From an uncultured Odoribacter sp. (GTDB taxonomy: Bacteria; Bacteroidota; Bacteroidia; Bacteroidales; Marinifilaceae): a stretch of 24,000 nucleotides of DNA. The stretch spans positions 1 to 24,000 of the forward strand of contig CAJTPD010000011.1 of NCBI GenBank assembly GCA_910578105.1. The letters are read 5' to 3'. Shown piece by piece: positions 6,615 through 16,301 of this stretch (positions within the stretch are counted from its first letter, which is position 1; every line of letters starts with the position of its first letter). The notes under the pieces were generated by a model, which worked only from the letters and a program-made list of their open reading frames with translations, made no database searches and was not told the origin of the DNA. The position numbers were made by a program, and so were the translations under genes.

Positions 6615-7595
6615 ACTATAAATAATCCGCCTCAATTCAGGATAAGCGTTATCCAGTTTTCCACTGTCAAACAATCCGGCTATGTTTCTTAGTCCCGGAC
6701 GAATAGAGTCTATAAAATGTTGTTTCCGTTCATAAAGTCCTCTTAACCCAAACGCTCCCATAGCCTGCAAAAGCCGGACTAAAACAAAATGGTAATAATC
6801 CTGCCTGAACTGTTTGCTGTCCGTCAACCGATATTGCTGCAACCCGGTTATGTAATATTCCAGCAATTCCTCCCGCTGTCCGTCAGGAATACGAACAATT
6901 GCATCATACAATAAAGATGCAACATCATATTGTAAAGCCCCTTGTCGTCCTCCCTGATAATCGATAAACCAAACTTCCTCATTACGGACCATAATATTAC
7001 GTGATTGAAAATCCCGGAACATAAAAGCCTGTATCTCTACGTTACACAAACGACAAACCAATTGTTCGAAATCATTTTCCAAAGCATCTTCCGAAAAAAC
7101 TGCATCTGTCAACCGCAGAAAACAATACTTAAAATAATTCAGGTCCCAAAGGATACAACGCCGGTCAAATTGAGGACGAGGAACACAACGGGAATAATCC
7201 ATTCCCTGATTCCCCCATATTTGAAAACGCAATAATTCATCCAAAGCTTTTTTATACAACTCTACCAAATGCTCATTCAACCAATCTCCCTCGCGTTCTT
7301 TCTCTACAACATCCAACAACATTTTATTTCCCAAATCTTCCTGTATATAAGCCAATTTATCAACAGATACAGCATAAATCAACGGAACATGTAACCCTTT
7401 AGCCTCAAAATGCCGGGAAAAATCAAGAAACAAAGTATTTTCTTCTACATTTTGATTCCATGTTCCGATATAAGAACTTTCCCCGCTATACAAACGATAA
7501 TATTTCCGGGCTGAGCCAGACTCCGGCAATAACTCCGTCTTATCCGGCAATTTCCCGGAAAACTTTTCAAATAAATCAATAACTATTTCTTCCAT
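6603..7595 (-). CDS. Aminoglycoside-phosphotransferase-family kinase (AmgK-like sugar/anomeric kinase candidate)
   Basis: Kinase catalytic-loop context RDFQSRNIMV and metal-binding FIDYQG. The ATG at 7595 is preferred over the TTG at 7604. The 3' end overlaps the convergent NUDIX gene by 12 nt. Confidence 0.75.
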   Translation of the reverse strand: MEEIVIDLFEKFSGKLPDKTELLPESGSARKYYRLYSGESSYIGTWNQNVEENTLFLDFSRHFEAKGLHVPLIYAVSVDKLAYIQEDLGNKMLLDVVEKEREGDWLNEHLVELYKKALDELLRFQIWGNQGMDYSRCVPRPQFDRRCILWDLNYFKYCFLRLTDAVFSEDALENDFEQLVCRLCNVEIQAFMFRDFQSRNIMVRNEEVWFIDYQGGRQGALQYDVASLLYDAIVRIPDGQREELLEYYITGLQQYRLTDSKQFRQDYYHFVLVRLLQAMGAFGLRGLYERKQHFIDSIRPGLRNIAGLFDSGKLDNAYPELRRIIYSLQK

Positions 7596-7626
7596 AATCT
7601 GCAAAATTACAACACAGACTTTTCAA

Positions 7627-7666
7627 AACATAAAACCCCACCGTAAATACAGCGGGGTTTTATGTT
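7627..7666 (-). terminator. Terminator of the minus-strand tRNA operon
   Basis: A 13-bp stem pairs AACATAAAACCCC (7627-7639) with GGGGTTTTATGTT (7654-7666). On the minus strand it is followed by TTTTG. It lies immediately 3' of tRNA-Leu(GAG). Confidence 0.75.
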
Positions 7667-7673
7667 TATTTAG

Positions 7674-7757
7674 TGCCCAGGACAAGACTCGAACTTGCAC
7701 AGCCTTTCGACCACTACCACCTCAAAGTAGCGTGTATACCAATTTCACCACCTGGGC
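7674..7757 (-). tRNA. tRNA-Leu(GAG)
   Basis: The reverse complement reads GCCCAGGTGGTGAAATTGGTATACACG... The anticodon loop is TTGAGGT, there is a long variable arm, the T-arm is GTTCGAGTC, and the acceptor stem is GCCCAGG/CCTGGGC. Confidence 0.92.
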
Positions 7758-7767
7758 GATTAAAAAG

Positions 7768-7851
7768 TGCCCGAAATAGGACTCGAACCTACACGGCCGT
7801 GAAGCCACTAGTACCTGAAACTAGCGTGTATACCAATTTCACCATTCGGGC
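7768..7851 (-). tRNA. tRNA-Leu(CAG), copy 1
   Basis: The reverse complement reads GCCCGAATGGTGAAATTGGTATACACGCTAGTTTCAGGTACTAG... The anticodon is CAG and there is a long variable arm. Confidence 0.92.
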
Positions 7852-7885
7852 AATTTATTTTTTAAAGAACTTCGAAGGAGAAAAG

Positions 7886-7969
7886 TGCCCAAGATAGGAC
7901 TCGAACCTACACGGCCGCGAAGCCACTAGTACCTGAAACTAGCGTGTATACCAATTTCACCACTTGGGC
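7886..7969 (-). tRNA. tRNA-Leu(CAG), copy 2
   Basis: Same body as copy 1. The acceptor stem is GCCCAAG/CTTGGGC, which differs from copy 1 by compensatory changes. Confidence 0.92.
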
Positions 7970-7977
7970 GTCAAGTG

Positions 7978-8048
7978 TTGTCCCACCAGGACTCGAACCT
8001 GGACTGACAGAACCAAAACCTGCTGTGCTGCCATTACACAATGGGACA
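7978..8048 (-). tRNA. tRNA-Gln(UUG)
   Basis: The reverse complement reads TGTCCCATTGTGTAATGGCAGCACAGCAGGTTTTGGTTCTGT... It has a U1:A72 pair, the anticodon loop TTTTGGT, and the T-arm CCAGG-TTCGAGT-CCTGG. Confidence 0.9.
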
Positions 8049-8064
8049 ATCATTTTTGACGGTG

Positions 8065-8072
8065 CAAATATA
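8065..8072 (-). promoter_or_regulatory. Bacteroidota -7 promoter box (TATATTTG) for the tRNA operon
   Basis: CAAATATA on the plus strand reads as TAnnTTTG on the minus strand. It lies 17 nt upstream of the tRNA-Gln 5' end. Confidence 0.5.
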
Positions 8073-8265
8073 GAACGTTTTTTGTTTTCTAACAAAAAAA
8101 ATGATGAAAATTCAGACAAAATAATTATTTTCGTGCTTCATTACATGAGATAATTTTTATCAACAATTGAATATTAGGTCATTAAATTAACCGAAACATT
8201 AAAAAATAAATTTTAAAGTATCTCAAGCCCCTATATGGCAAATAAAAACTATACTAAAACAAAAT

Positions 8266-11200
8266 ATGTATACAATTAAAGAGCATCCAAATTTGAATTT
8301 CAGGTTTATCAACCGACTGACCGGATGGGTCATTTTTGTTGTTGCCAGCCTAACGTACATACTCACAGCAGAACCAACAGCCAGCTTGTGGGATTGCGGC
8401 GAGTTTATCACCACTTCTGTGGGACTGCAGGTAGGACATCCTCCCGGAGCACCGTTATTTATGATCATTTCCCGACTGTTTGCGATTTTCGCTCCTTCAA
8501 TAGAAACCCAGGCATTAATGATTAATTATATGTCAGGCCTATGTTCCGGTTTCACCATCCTGTTTTTATTCTGGTCCATCACACATCTGGCCCGTAAACT
8601 GGTAGTGAAAGAAGGGGAAGAAATGACTTTAGGGCAAATGTTTGCTATCCTTGGAGCCTCTTTGATCGGTTCACTGACTTACACTTTCACTGATACTTTT
8701 TGGTTCTCTGCAGTGGAAGGCGAAGTATATGCAATGTCTTCTCTCTTCACTGCCGTTGTATTCTGGGCAATTTTAAAATGGGAAAATGTAGCTAATGAAA
8801 AATATGCTAACCGCTGGCTGGTGTTGATTGCCTACTTAATCGGTTTATCCATTGGTGTACACTTACTGAACCTATTGGTTATTCCTGCAATTGCTTTTGT
8901 ATATTATTTCAAAAAATACACTCCAACCGTCAGAGGATTCATTAAAACAGGTATTTTATCACTAATTATTTTAGGTATTGTAAATTTTGGAGTCATACCC
9001 GGAATCATTAAAATAGCTGGTTGGTTTGAACTTTTATTTACCAATAGTTTCGGGCTGCCTTTCAATACAGGTGTGATTATTTATGTATTCCTGATTATCG
9101 GGGTTCTGACCTGGGGTATCCGCTATACCCTCCGCAAAGGAATGCCCGTTTGGAATACCATTTTAACATGCTTTATGGTCATCCTGATAGGCTATTCTTC
9201 CTATTCAATGGTAGTCATTCGTTCATTAAGCGACCCACCTATCGATGAAAATAGTCCGGATAATGTATTTTCTTTGTTGTCTTACATCAACCGGGACCAA
9301 TATGGGGATAGTCCCTTACTGTATGGCCAGTACTTCAATGCCCCCCGGATAGGATATGAAGAAGGTGCACCTATTTATTACCAAAATAAAGAAACCGGGG
9401 TATACGAAAAAATCGGTAACAAATTCAATTATAAATATGATCCCCGGTTTTGCGGTTTCTTTCCCCGAATGCACAGTGACCAAAGATCTTATTATCCGTC
9501 ACAATACCAAGCCTGGGGAGGAAAGAACAATGGACCGACTTATATGGTAGACGGACAAGCTATTACACGTCCCAGCTTTGGAAATAACATGCGGTATTTT
9601 TTCAATTACCAATTAGGACATATGTATTGGCGGTACTTTATGTGGAATTTCTCCGGACGCCAAAACGATATCCAGGGAAATGGAGACATTATTCATGGCA
9701 ATTGGATTACCGGCATTAAATTCCTGGATGAAATGCGTTTAGGTAATCAGTCGGAACTTCCGGATACCCTGAAATCCGAAAAAGCATACAACAAATATTA
9801 CCTGCTTCCTTTTTTGTTGGGTATATTAGGCATATTCTATCAGTATCGGAAAGGACGTACCGGCAAGCAAGATTTCTGGGTTGTTATGTTATTGTTTATC
9901 ATGACAGGTATTGCCATTATCGTTTTCTTGAATCAGTCTCCGATGGAACCCCGTGAACGGGACTACGCTTATGCAGGTTCATTCTACGCTTATGCCATCT
10001 GGATTGGTTTAGGAATTCTCGCATTATGGGAGTTCATGACTAAACACATCCGGAAACTCACTCCATCTGCAGCAGCAATTATTGTCACCGGAATATGTTT
10101 TTTTGCAGTGCCTGTAAACATGGCTGCACAAAATTGGGATGACCATACCCGGACCGGACGTTATGCAACTCTTGCTCACGCCAAAAACTATCTGAACTCC
10201 TGTGCTCCGAATGCTATTCTGTTTACCTATGGTGACAATGATACTTTCCCTTTATGGTATGCTCAGGAGGTGGAAGGAGTACGCCGGGATATCCGGATTG
10301 TCAACCTCAGCTTGTTGGCAGGGCCATGGTACATTGACCAAATCAACCGCAAAGCGTATGAAAGTCCCGCAGTACCAATCTCTTTCACCAAGAATCAGTA
10401 CCGGGACGGGAAACGGGACAGAGTCTATATTATGGAACGTTATAAACAGGCAAATTTACGTGAAGTCATGGAATTTGTTGCCAGCGATTTACCACAGACT
10501 AAACTAAAAGAACCCGGAATTACAGAAGAAATAGACTATATCCCAACCCGGAATTTATACCTGCCGATTGATTCGGCACAGGTTATTGCCAATGGGACTG
10601 TAAAAGCAAAGGATGCCGACAAAATTGTCAAAGAATTGAAATTGACCCTGAAAGGCAATGGTTTAAACAAATCTGAAACCATGCTCCTGGATATTATCAG
10701 TACCAACAATTGGGAACGTCCCATTTATTTCGGTATCGGCATACCAACAGATTCCTACATGGGACTTGAAAAATATTTCCAGGTTGAAGGAGCTACTTAT
10801 CGTCTGGTCCCCATTGAAACTCCTAGTAAACGGAATGAATATGGAGGCACGGATTACGGAAGAATCGATTCAGATATCCTTTACAACAATATAATGAATA
10901 AATTTGAATGGGGAAATATTAAAAATCCAAAAGTTAATATTGATAACTTCCATGATATCATCATCGGCTCTATGCAATACAGGAATACGATGCAACGTCT
11001 GGCATCCCAATTACACCAAGAAGGGAAAGACGACAAAGCTGTGAAAGTACTGGATAAAAGTCTGGAAGAATTACCATTATCACAAGTTCCTATAGATATC
11101 GTTTTCCTGGATTATATCACATTATATTATGAATTGGGAGAAACAGAGAAAGCCAACCATTTACTGAATGAATTGGCAACCGATAATTTCCAGATGTTGA

Positions 11201-11439
11201 AATATGTCAACTCTTTATCTCCAAAATTCGCTGATACACCAGGAATTCAAAGAGAAGAAAATATCAGCTTTTATACCCTGCAAAAATTATTCGAAGCAGC
11301 CTATAATGCCGGACAAAAAGATATAGCTGAGAATATTAAAAATAAGGTTGAAAGTATTGTGAATCCGAATTGGATGCGTCCGGCACCTGCAACCCATGCG
11401 CCGATTAAAGATTCGGCCCCTGAGGTTGAAATACAATAA
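8266..11439 (+). CDS. DUF2723/TMEM260-like polytopic membrane protein (GT-C-fold glycosyltransferase candidate)
   Basis: 1057 aa with many N-terminal transmembrane segments and the early WDCGEF motif typical of DUF2723. The C-terminal part is a large soluble region with TPR-like helices. Confidence 0.8.
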   Translation: MYTIKEHPNLNFRFINRLTGWVIFVVASLTYILTAEPTASLWDCGEFITTSVGLQVGHPPGAPLFMIISRLFAIFAPSIETQALMINYMSGLCSGFTILFLFWSITHLARKLVVKEGEEMTLGQMFAILGASLIGSLTYTFTDTFWFSAVEGEVYAMSSLFTAVVFWAILKWENVANEKYANRWLVLIAYLIGLSIGVHLLNLLVIPAIAFVYYFKKYTPTVRGFIKTGILSLIILGIVNFGVIPGIIKIAGWFELLFTNSFGLPFNTGVIIYVFLIIGVLTWGIRYTLRKGMPVWNTILTCFMVILIGYSSYSMVVIRSLSDPPIDENSPDNVFSLLSYINRDQYGDSPLLYGQYFNAPRIGYEEGAPIYYQNKETGVYEKIGNKFNYKYDPRFCGFFPRMHSDQRSYYPSQYQAWGGKNNGPTYMVDGQAITRPSFGNNMRYFFNYQLGHMYWRYFMWNFSGRQNDIQGNGDIIHGNWITGIKFLDEMRLGNQSELPDTLKSEKAYNKYYLLPFLLGILGIFYQYRKGRTGKQDFWVVMLLFIMTGIAIIVFLNQSPMEPRERDYAYAGSFYAYAIWIGLGILALWEFMTKHIRKLTPSAAAIIVTGICFFAVPVNMAAQNWDDHTRTGRYATLAHAKNYLNSCAPNAILFTYGDNDTFPLWYAQEVEGVRRDIRIVNLSLLAGPWYIDQINRKAYESPAVPISFTKNQYRDGKRDRVYIMERYKQANLREVMEFVASDLPQTKLKEPGITEEIDYIPTRNLYLPIDSAQVIANGTVKAKDADKIVKELKLTLKGNGLNKSETMLLDIISTNNWERPIYFGIGIPTDSYMGLEKYFQVEGATYRLVPIETPSKRNEYGGTDYGRIDSDILYNNIMNKFEWGNIKNPKVNIDNFHDIIIGSMQYRNTMQRLASQLHQEGKDDKAVKVLDKSLEELPLSQVPIDIVFLDYITLYYELGETEKANHLLNELATDNFQMLKYVNSLSPKFADTPGIQREENISFYTLQKLFEAAYNAGQKDIAENIKNKVESIVNPNWMRPAPATHAPIKDSAPEVEIQ

Positions 11440-11452
11440 CCATTGAACCAGC

Positions 11453-11495
11453 AAAGATTGAACGTTTAAATCACTGTATTTAACGTTCAATCTTT
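11453..11495 (+). terminator. Long hairpin downstream of the DUF2723 gene (probable terminator)
   Basis: AAAGATTGAACGTTTAAAT pairs with ATTTAACGTTCAATCTTT as an ~18-bp stem with one bulge around the loop CACTGT. The T-tract is weak. Confidence 0.6.
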
Positions 11496-11521
11496 AACTT
11501 ATAATTTTAAAACACAAAAAT

Positions 11522-12635
11522 ATGATTACAATAGATCAACTGAAATCAGTTGAAGACCGCAGTGGCGCTCTGAGGAGGTATCTTTGACATCGACCACAAA
11601 AAAATAGAATTGGAAGAAGTTGAAATGCGTACACAAGCTCCGGATTTCTGGACAGATGCCAAGGCAGCCGAAAAAGTCATGAAGCATGTACGCGAACTCA
11701 AAGGATGGATTGAAGGATGTGAAGAAGTAGGCCGGGCTGTCGATGATTTGTATGTACTTTTTGAATTTGCCAAAGAAGGTGAGGCTACAGAGGAAGAAGT
11801 GGATGCTCATTATGCTGAAACGTTACGCCTTGTAGAAAATCTGGAATTGAAAAACATGCTACAAGGCGAAGCCGATGAAATGGGATGTGTATTGAAAATC
11901 AATTCCGGAGCAGGAGGAACTGAAAGTCAGGACTGGTCGTCCATGCTCATGCGAATGTACATCAGATGGGCAGAAAACAATAAATACAAATGTTCCGTCA
12001 GCAACCTGCAGGACGGAGATGAAGCCGGCATAAAAACTGTAACTATGCAGATAGAAGGTGATTTTGCCTATGGCTATCTGAAAGGAGAAAACGGAGTACA
12101 CCGCCTGGTCCGGGTATCCCCTTTCAATGCCCAAGGGAAACGAATGACTTCATTTGCTTCTGTATTTGTAACACCCTTAGTAGACGATACGATTGATATT
12201 TCCATTAATCAGGCTGCTATCAGTTGGGATACTTTCCGTTCAGGAGGTGCAGGAGGTCAGAATGTAAATAAAGTGGAATCCGGAGTCCGGTTGCGTTATC
12301 AATACAAAGACCCTTATACTGGTGAAGAAGAAGAAATCCTGATTGAAAATACAGAGACTCGGGATCAACCTAAAAATAAAGAAAATGCTCTCCGGCAACT
12401 GCGTTCCATCCTTTATGACAAGGAATTACAACACCGCATGGCAAAACAAGCCAAAGTTGAAGCCAATAAAAAGAAAATCGAATGGGGCTCACAAATCCGG
12501 AGTTACGTTTTCGACGATCGCCGGGTAAAAGATCACCGGACCAATTATCAAACTTCCGATGTAAATGGAGTCATGGACGGAAAAATAGATGAGTTTATAA
12601 AGGCTTATCTGATGGAATTTGGAGGCGAGGAATAA
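11522..12635 (+). CDS. prfB: Peptide chain release factor 2, expressed through a programmed +1 frameshift
   Basis: Frame 0 reads MITIDQLKSVEDRSGALRRYL and hits TGA at 11585-11587. The +1 frame from 11586 continues as DIDHKKIELEEVEMRTQAPDFW... and carries the SPF and GGQ motifs. Confidence 0.93.
11573..11588 (+). promoter_or_regulatory. RF2 autoregulatory +1 frameshift site
   Basis: AGGAGG TAT CTT TGA C contains an internal SD-like element, the slippery CTT codon, and an in-frame TGA followed by C. This has the same architecture as the E. coli prfB site. Confidence 0.9.
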
Positions 12636-12727
12636 GAGGTCTTAAATTCTCGTGTGTCTTTACCCATCTCTTCCAGGACTAATTTATCATCCGGAAATTT
12701 TTAATGATTTCCTAAATAGGAAACAAC

Positions 12728-13675
12728 ATGAAAAATGAAAAAAGAGATTTTTCAAACAGTAAAATATTCATCATAGGTGATGTGATGCTTGACAAATATT
12801 ACTTTGGCTGTGTCGAGCGCATATCTCCTGAAGCCCCCGTACCCATTGTAAAAATCGGAAAAGAAGAATCTCGTTTGGGAGGTGCGGCTAATGTAGCTAA
12901 CAACATTGCCAGCCTGGGAGGTCAACCTCTATTATGCGGTGCCATCGGATATGATTTCTTTGGAAAAGAAATAGAACACATGAGCAAACAAAAGAACATC
13001 AGAACCATGTTTCTGAAAGTTCCTTGCCCAACCATAACCAAAGCACGCATCATTGGAGGCAAACAGCAAATTGTCAGGGTGGATTATGCAGACCGGACCG
13101 AATTGAAAAATAATGACCAAAAGATGTTACGGGAAATTGTCCGGTCTTACCTTCCGGATTATGATGTCTTAGTGATATCTGATTATGGTAAAGGACTCAT
13201 TTCTGAAGAATTTTGTACGTATCTGATTCGTTATGCCCATAAAATCGGCAAGAAAATTATTGTAGACCCCAAAGGCAATAATTGGAAAAAATATTCAGGA
13301 GCTGATATTGTTACTCCCAATGTAAAAGAATTAAGTGACATTATCGGCTATTCTGTTCCCAACACAGATCGTGCTGTGGAAAAAGCCGCACGCGAAGTAC
13401 TTGAAGCCAATCAACTGACTTCTCTCCTGGTTACCCGCAGTGATAAAGGCATGAGCCTGATTAGTGACATTCCTCCTATTCACATCCCTACTCATTCTGA
13501 AGAGGTTTTCGACGTCAGTGGAGCAGGGGATACAGTGGTTGCAACACTCAGCCTTTGTCTGGCAGCAGGTTATGATATGACAACGGCAATGAAAACCGCC
13601 AATATTGCTGCCGGCATTGTTGTGAAAAAAATCGGGACTGCCACCCTCACCATTGAAGAACTGACCCAAAACTAA
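12728..13675 (+). CDS. PfkB-family kinase resembling D-glycero-beta-D-manno-heptose-7-phosphate kinase (HldE/RfaE domain I only)
   Basis: N-terminal IFIIGDVMLDKY...SPEAPVP, the LGGAANVA motif, and the C-terminal DVSGAGDTV motif. At 315 aa it has no adenylyltransferase domain. Confidence 0.8.
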   Translation: MKNEKRDFSNSKIFIIGDVMLDKYYFGCVERISPEAPVPIVKIGKEESRLGGAANVANNIASLGGQPLLCGAIGYDFFGKEIEHMSKQKNIRTMFLKVPCPTITKARIIGGKQQIVRVDYADRTELKNNDQKMLREIVRSYLPDYDVLVISDYGKGLISEEFCTYLIRYAHKIGKKIIVDPKGNNWKKYSGADIVTPNVKELSDIIGYSVPNTDRAVEKAAREVLEANQLTSLLVTRSDKGMSLISDIPPIHIPTHSEEVFDVSGAGDTVVATLSLCLAAGYDMTTAMKTANIAAGIVVKKIGTATLTIEELTQN

Positions 13676-13709
13676 ACTCCCCGGCATTCTTTCAATACCG
13701 GCAGAAAGC

Positions 13710-14279
13710 TTATTTTTGGCACATACCGGCAAAATATTGGTGAAACGCAGAATAGTCTGTTAACTCCGGATGAAAAGAAGTGACCAACATATGCTCCTCC
13801 CGGGCAGCAACAACATGCCCGTCAACCTGACACAACACACTTACTTTTTCTCCCGTCTTTGTAATATAAGGTGCCCGGATAAATACCAAAGGTATTACTG
13901 AAGAACTGACTTCCGGAATTTTTACATCCACATCAAAACTATCAATCTGGGTTCCGTAAGCATTTCGTTTTACTGCAATATCCATCACTCCCAAATGCCT
14001 GACTGGATCGTTCACCAGTTCTTTCGCTAATAAAATCATACCGGCACAAGTCCCCCACACAGGCAAACCCGCTTGAATTTTATTTTTTAGAGGCTCCATC
14101 ATACCCGTACTGCAAAGCAATTTTCCCATGGTTGTACTCTCTCCTCCCGGTAAAATAATTCCGTTCAAATCATCCAGTTGCTGCGAATAACGAACCACCA
14201 CAGATTCATGTCCCAATTTTTCAACATGTTGCTGGTGTTCAACGACTGCCCCCTGAAACCCTAAAATACCTATTTTCAT
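13710..14279 (-). CDS. pdxT: Pyridoxal 5'-phosphate synthase glutaminase subunit
   Basis: MKIGILGFQGA start, catalytic GTCAG, and the FHPE motif. The longer ORF to 14354 starts at GTG and adds non-homologous residues. Confidence 0.9.
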   Translation of the reverse strand: MKIGILGFQGAVVEHQQHVEKLGHESVVVRYSQQLDDLNGIILPGGESTTMGKLLCSTGMMEPLKNKIQAGLPVWGTCAGMILLAKELVNDPVRHLGVMDIAVKRNAYGTQIDSFDVDVKIPEVSSSVIPLVFIRAPYITKTGEKVSVLCQVDGHVVAAREEHMLVTSFHPELTDYSAFHQYFAGMCQK

Positions 14280-14407
14280 CATATGACATATATAAATGCA
14301 GATTTCCCGGATTTGCCATAATACTGAACATTCTTTCCCCCATAAATACCACACCCTCCGTCATCATTTGTCCGTCCCACAGGTGCCTCCGAAAAATCTG
14401 CCTTATT

Positions 14408-15277
14408 TTACCATCCTCTTTCTGCGTATTTGCTTTCCAGTGTTTTAATTTCAAGCCCCGACATCGGCTCTCCCAAGTTCTCCGACAATTCTGCCAGTTT
14501 CAAAGGATCATTATAATAAGTCACAGCCTGAACGATAGCTTTAGCCCGTTTTTCGGGATCACCTGACTTAAAAATTCCCGAACCGACAAAAACCCCCTCA
14601 GACCCCAATTGCATCATCAAGGCAGCGTCTGCAGGAGTTGCAATACCACCTGCTGCAAAGTTTACCACCGGCAATGTTCCATGTTCATGTACATATTTCA
14701 CCAACTCATAAGGAGCACAAAATTCTTTAGCCAAAGTCATCAATTCCTCCGCACCCGCATTCTTTACCCGGCGCATATCATCACTAATCTGACGCATATG
14801 GGTAACCGCCTCAACTACATTCCCTGTTCCGGCTTCTCCCTTTGTCCGGATCATAGCAGCTCCTTCCCCTATACGACGCAATGCTTCACCCAGATTACGC
14901 GCTCCGCATACAAACGGAACCTTAAAAGCAGCCTTGTCAACATGATACAACTCATCTGCCGGAGTCAATACCTCACTTTCATCAATAAAATCAATCCCAA
15001 TAGCTTCTAATATTTGAGCCTCCACAAAATGGCCAATTCTTACCTTTGCCATCACAGGAATCGATACAGCTTTCTGTATAGCTTTAATCATTTGCGGGTC
15101 AGACATACGGGCAACACCTCCGTCACGACGGATATCTGCGGGTACTCTTTCTAACGCCATAACAGCACAAGCTCCAGCAGCTTCTGCTATTTTTGCCTGA
15201 TCGGCATTAGTCACATCCATAATCACCCCGCCTTTCAGCATCTGAGCAAGGTTTTTGTTTAATTCATACTTTCCCAT
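14408..15277 (-). CDS. pdxS: Pyridoxal 5'-phosphate synthase lyase subunit
   Basis: The PdxS sequence is highly conserved ([34 protein letters not shown]). The ATG at 15277 is preferred over the TTG at 15289. Confidence 0.95.
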   Translation of the reverse strand: MGKYELNKNLAQMLKGGVIMDVTNADQAKIAEAAGACAVMALERVPADIRRDGGVARMSDPQMIKAIQKAVSIPVMAKVRIGHFVEAQILEAIGIDFIDESEVLTPADELYHVDKAAFKVPFVCGARNLGEALRRIGEGAAMIRTKGEAGTGNVVEAVTHMRQISDDMRRVKNAGAEELMTLAKEFCAPYELVKYVHEHGTLPVVNFAAGGIATPADAALMMQLGSEGVFVGSGIFKSGDPEKRAKAIVQAVTYYNDPLKLAELSENLGEPMSGLEIKTLESKYAERGW

Positions 15278-15326
15278 AATAATTGTCAATCTATAAATAA
15301 ATTAATAATAGGATATTATTATACCC

Positions 15327-16301
15327 TTAATCAAAACCATAAATTGTCGTTTTCCGGTATTCCTCTCCCGGCACTAACAAAGCAGAAGGAAAAGAAGGAT
15401 GGTGAGGTGAATCCGGCCAATATTGGGCTTCCAGTGCAATTCCTGCATATGCCCCGTAATTCTTTCCTCCTTTAGCACTTTTCACATTAAGATAACGTCC
15501 GGTGTACACCTGCAATCCCGGATAATCAGAACATACATACATTTTTATTCCCGATTCTTCACTGACAAGTTCTGCCTGACGAACTATTTTTCCGGCAGGT
15601 TCAAAAACAAAACAATCATCCAATCCTCCGTTCTGCTCAATGACCCCTTGCAAAGAACGGAAATCAGTAAAATCATAATTGCCTGTTGCAGTAACAAAAT
15701 CACCATCCGGTATCAAATCATTTGTTTTCAAATATGTATCAGAATACAATTTTAACCGCAATTGCTTTATATCAGAACAATCCGGATTCAAATTAAAATA
15801 CGGATGATGTGTCAGATTCACATAACATTTTTGATCTGTAGAAGCTTTATAATGTATATGCAATTCTTTCTCTTTCAACTCAAAACAAAGTTCAACTATT
15901 AAATTTCCCGGATAACCTTCTTCTCCGGCCGGACTATCATAGTGCAAAATCAACAAAGAATCTGTTCTTTTCTGCACAGACCAGATTTTCTTGTCAAACC
16001 CACAAATTCCGCCGTGTAAATGATTCGGACCATTATTAACTGCCAAACGGAAACTTTGCCCATCAATAGAAAATTCTCCGTTGGCAATGCGATTGGCATA
16101 CCGTCCGATACCAGCACCTAAATAAGCACCACTTGCAACATAATCAGGCGTTTCGTAATCCTCTGCATGCGCCATTCCCAATATTACATCAACTGCTTTC
16201 CCCCGGCACCCGGAAGTAATCATTCGGGTAATTGTCGCACCTAACGTTGATATATGCACTTCAAGGACATCATTTTTCAAGATATAAATCTCCGGCTTCA
16301 T
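15327..16301 (-). CDS. galM: Aldose 1-epimerase (galactose mutarotase)
   Basis: Motifs GRYANRI and NGPNHLHGG. It is divergent from galK. Confidence 0.88.
   Translation of the reverse strand: MKPEIYILKNDVLEVHISTLGATITRMITSGCRGKAVDVILGMAHAEDYETPDYVASGAYLGAGIGRYANRIANGEFSIDGQSFRLAVNNGPNHLHGGICGFDKKIWSVQKRTDSLLILHYDSPAGEEGYPGNLIVELCFELKEKELHIHYKASTDQKCYVNLTHHPYFNLNPDCSDIKQLRLKLYSDTYLKTNDLIPDGDFVTATGNYDFTDFRSLQGVIEQNGGLDDCFVFEPAGKIVRQAELVSEESGIKMYVCSDYPGLQVYTGRYLNVKSAKGGKNYGAYAGIALEAQYWPDSPHHPSFPSALLVPGEEYRKTTIYGFD

Noticed and set aside
7673-8153. Track ORFs 7673-7897(+), 7907-8119(-) and 7944-8153(+)
   Set aside because: They lie entirely over four well-formed tRNA genes and their spacers, so they are artefacts of open frames across tRNA sequence.
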